DNA of 64,000 nucleotides, taken from positions 874,918 to 938,917 of the forward strand of contig CP066686.1 of NCBI GenBank assembly GCA_016432365.1. The letters are read 5' to 3'. A model generated the notes under the pieces. That model did not search any database. It had not been told where the DNA came from and saw only the letters and a program-made list of their open reading frames with translations. Made by a program: the position numbers and the translations under genes. Below, piece by piece: positions 63,907-64,000 of the stretch (its first letter is position 1; every line of letters begins with the position of its first letter). The stretch comes from Candidatus Woesebacteria bacterium. GTDB taxonomy: Bacteria; Patescibacteriota; Microgenomatia; UBA8517.

Positions 63907-64000
63907 GTTCCTTATTGAAGAATCAACGTAGATTTGTTACAATGGCCATACCTCGGAACAATCTGAGGAAGACGCAGGTCGAAACTTCTTTTAGTTTCTC

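Noticed and set aside
1-64000. CRISPR array
   Set aside because: No series of 25-40-bp direct repeats with unique spacers of similar length was found. The repeats present are either short tandem (7 bp, 42 bp) or dispersed single pairs.
1-64000. Alternative genetic code (for example UGA recoding as in some candidate phyla)
   Set aside because: Housekeeping proteins (pyrG, topA, cysS, dnaX) are full-length with standard stops, so the standard code fits.

Overview
The window is a 64-kb segment of a low-GC (about 38-40% by eye), streamlined bacterial chromosome that uses the standard genetic code. The combination of a minimal ProRS (398 aa), a short EF-Ts (150 aa), no pyrH/uppS/cdsA between tsf, frr and rseP, O-antigen-ligase-TPR fusions and dockerin/cohesin-like surface proteins points to a CPR/Patescibacteria-type organism. 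That assignment is an inference from gene content only.

Most of the window is housekeeping:
- Translation and ribosome: ychF, rpsB-tsf-frr, rpmB, rpmG, rpsU, def-fmt, cysS, proS.
- DNA replication and repair: dnaX-ybaB-recR, topA, dprA, rnhB.
- Transcription/secretion and cell shape: secE-nusG, mreB-PBP2, rseP.
- Pyrimidine nucleotide metabolism: cdd/pyrG and thyX-tdk-tmk-dCMP deaminase.
- Histidine/folate: separate glutamate formimidoyltransferase and cyclodeaminase genes.
- Four tRNAs.

The non-routine content is:
1. An accessory segment of about 8 kb (46.6-54.7 kb) around tRNA-Thr/Tyr/Thr/Trp and rpmG. It carries partial tRNA 3'-end duplications and two pairs of long direct repeats (34 bp and a perfect 50 bp), each bracketing a single unknown gene. 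It also encodes an AAA_33-type P-loop kinase, a C39-like cysteine peptidase, a Ddl-family ATP-grasp ligase and a cytidylyltransferase.
2. Two families of interspersed A/T-rich repeats. One is a roughly 110-bp element present in two inverted copies. The other is built on 'ttttgacttttgc'. Related sequence also occurs in-frame inside rnhB, an O-antigen-ligase gene, recR and dnaX.
3. A translationally coupled gene pair encoding a dockerin-like beta-helix exoprotein and a membrane-anchored cohesin-like protein.
4. A 740-aa glutamine-synthetase-fold (type III-like) ligase co-directional with cytidine deaminase and divergent from CTP synthase.
5. A surface protein with an (Ala-Thr)n linker encoded by a 42-bp tandem DNA repeat.

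No CRISPR array, rRNA, transposase or integrase gene was recognised.
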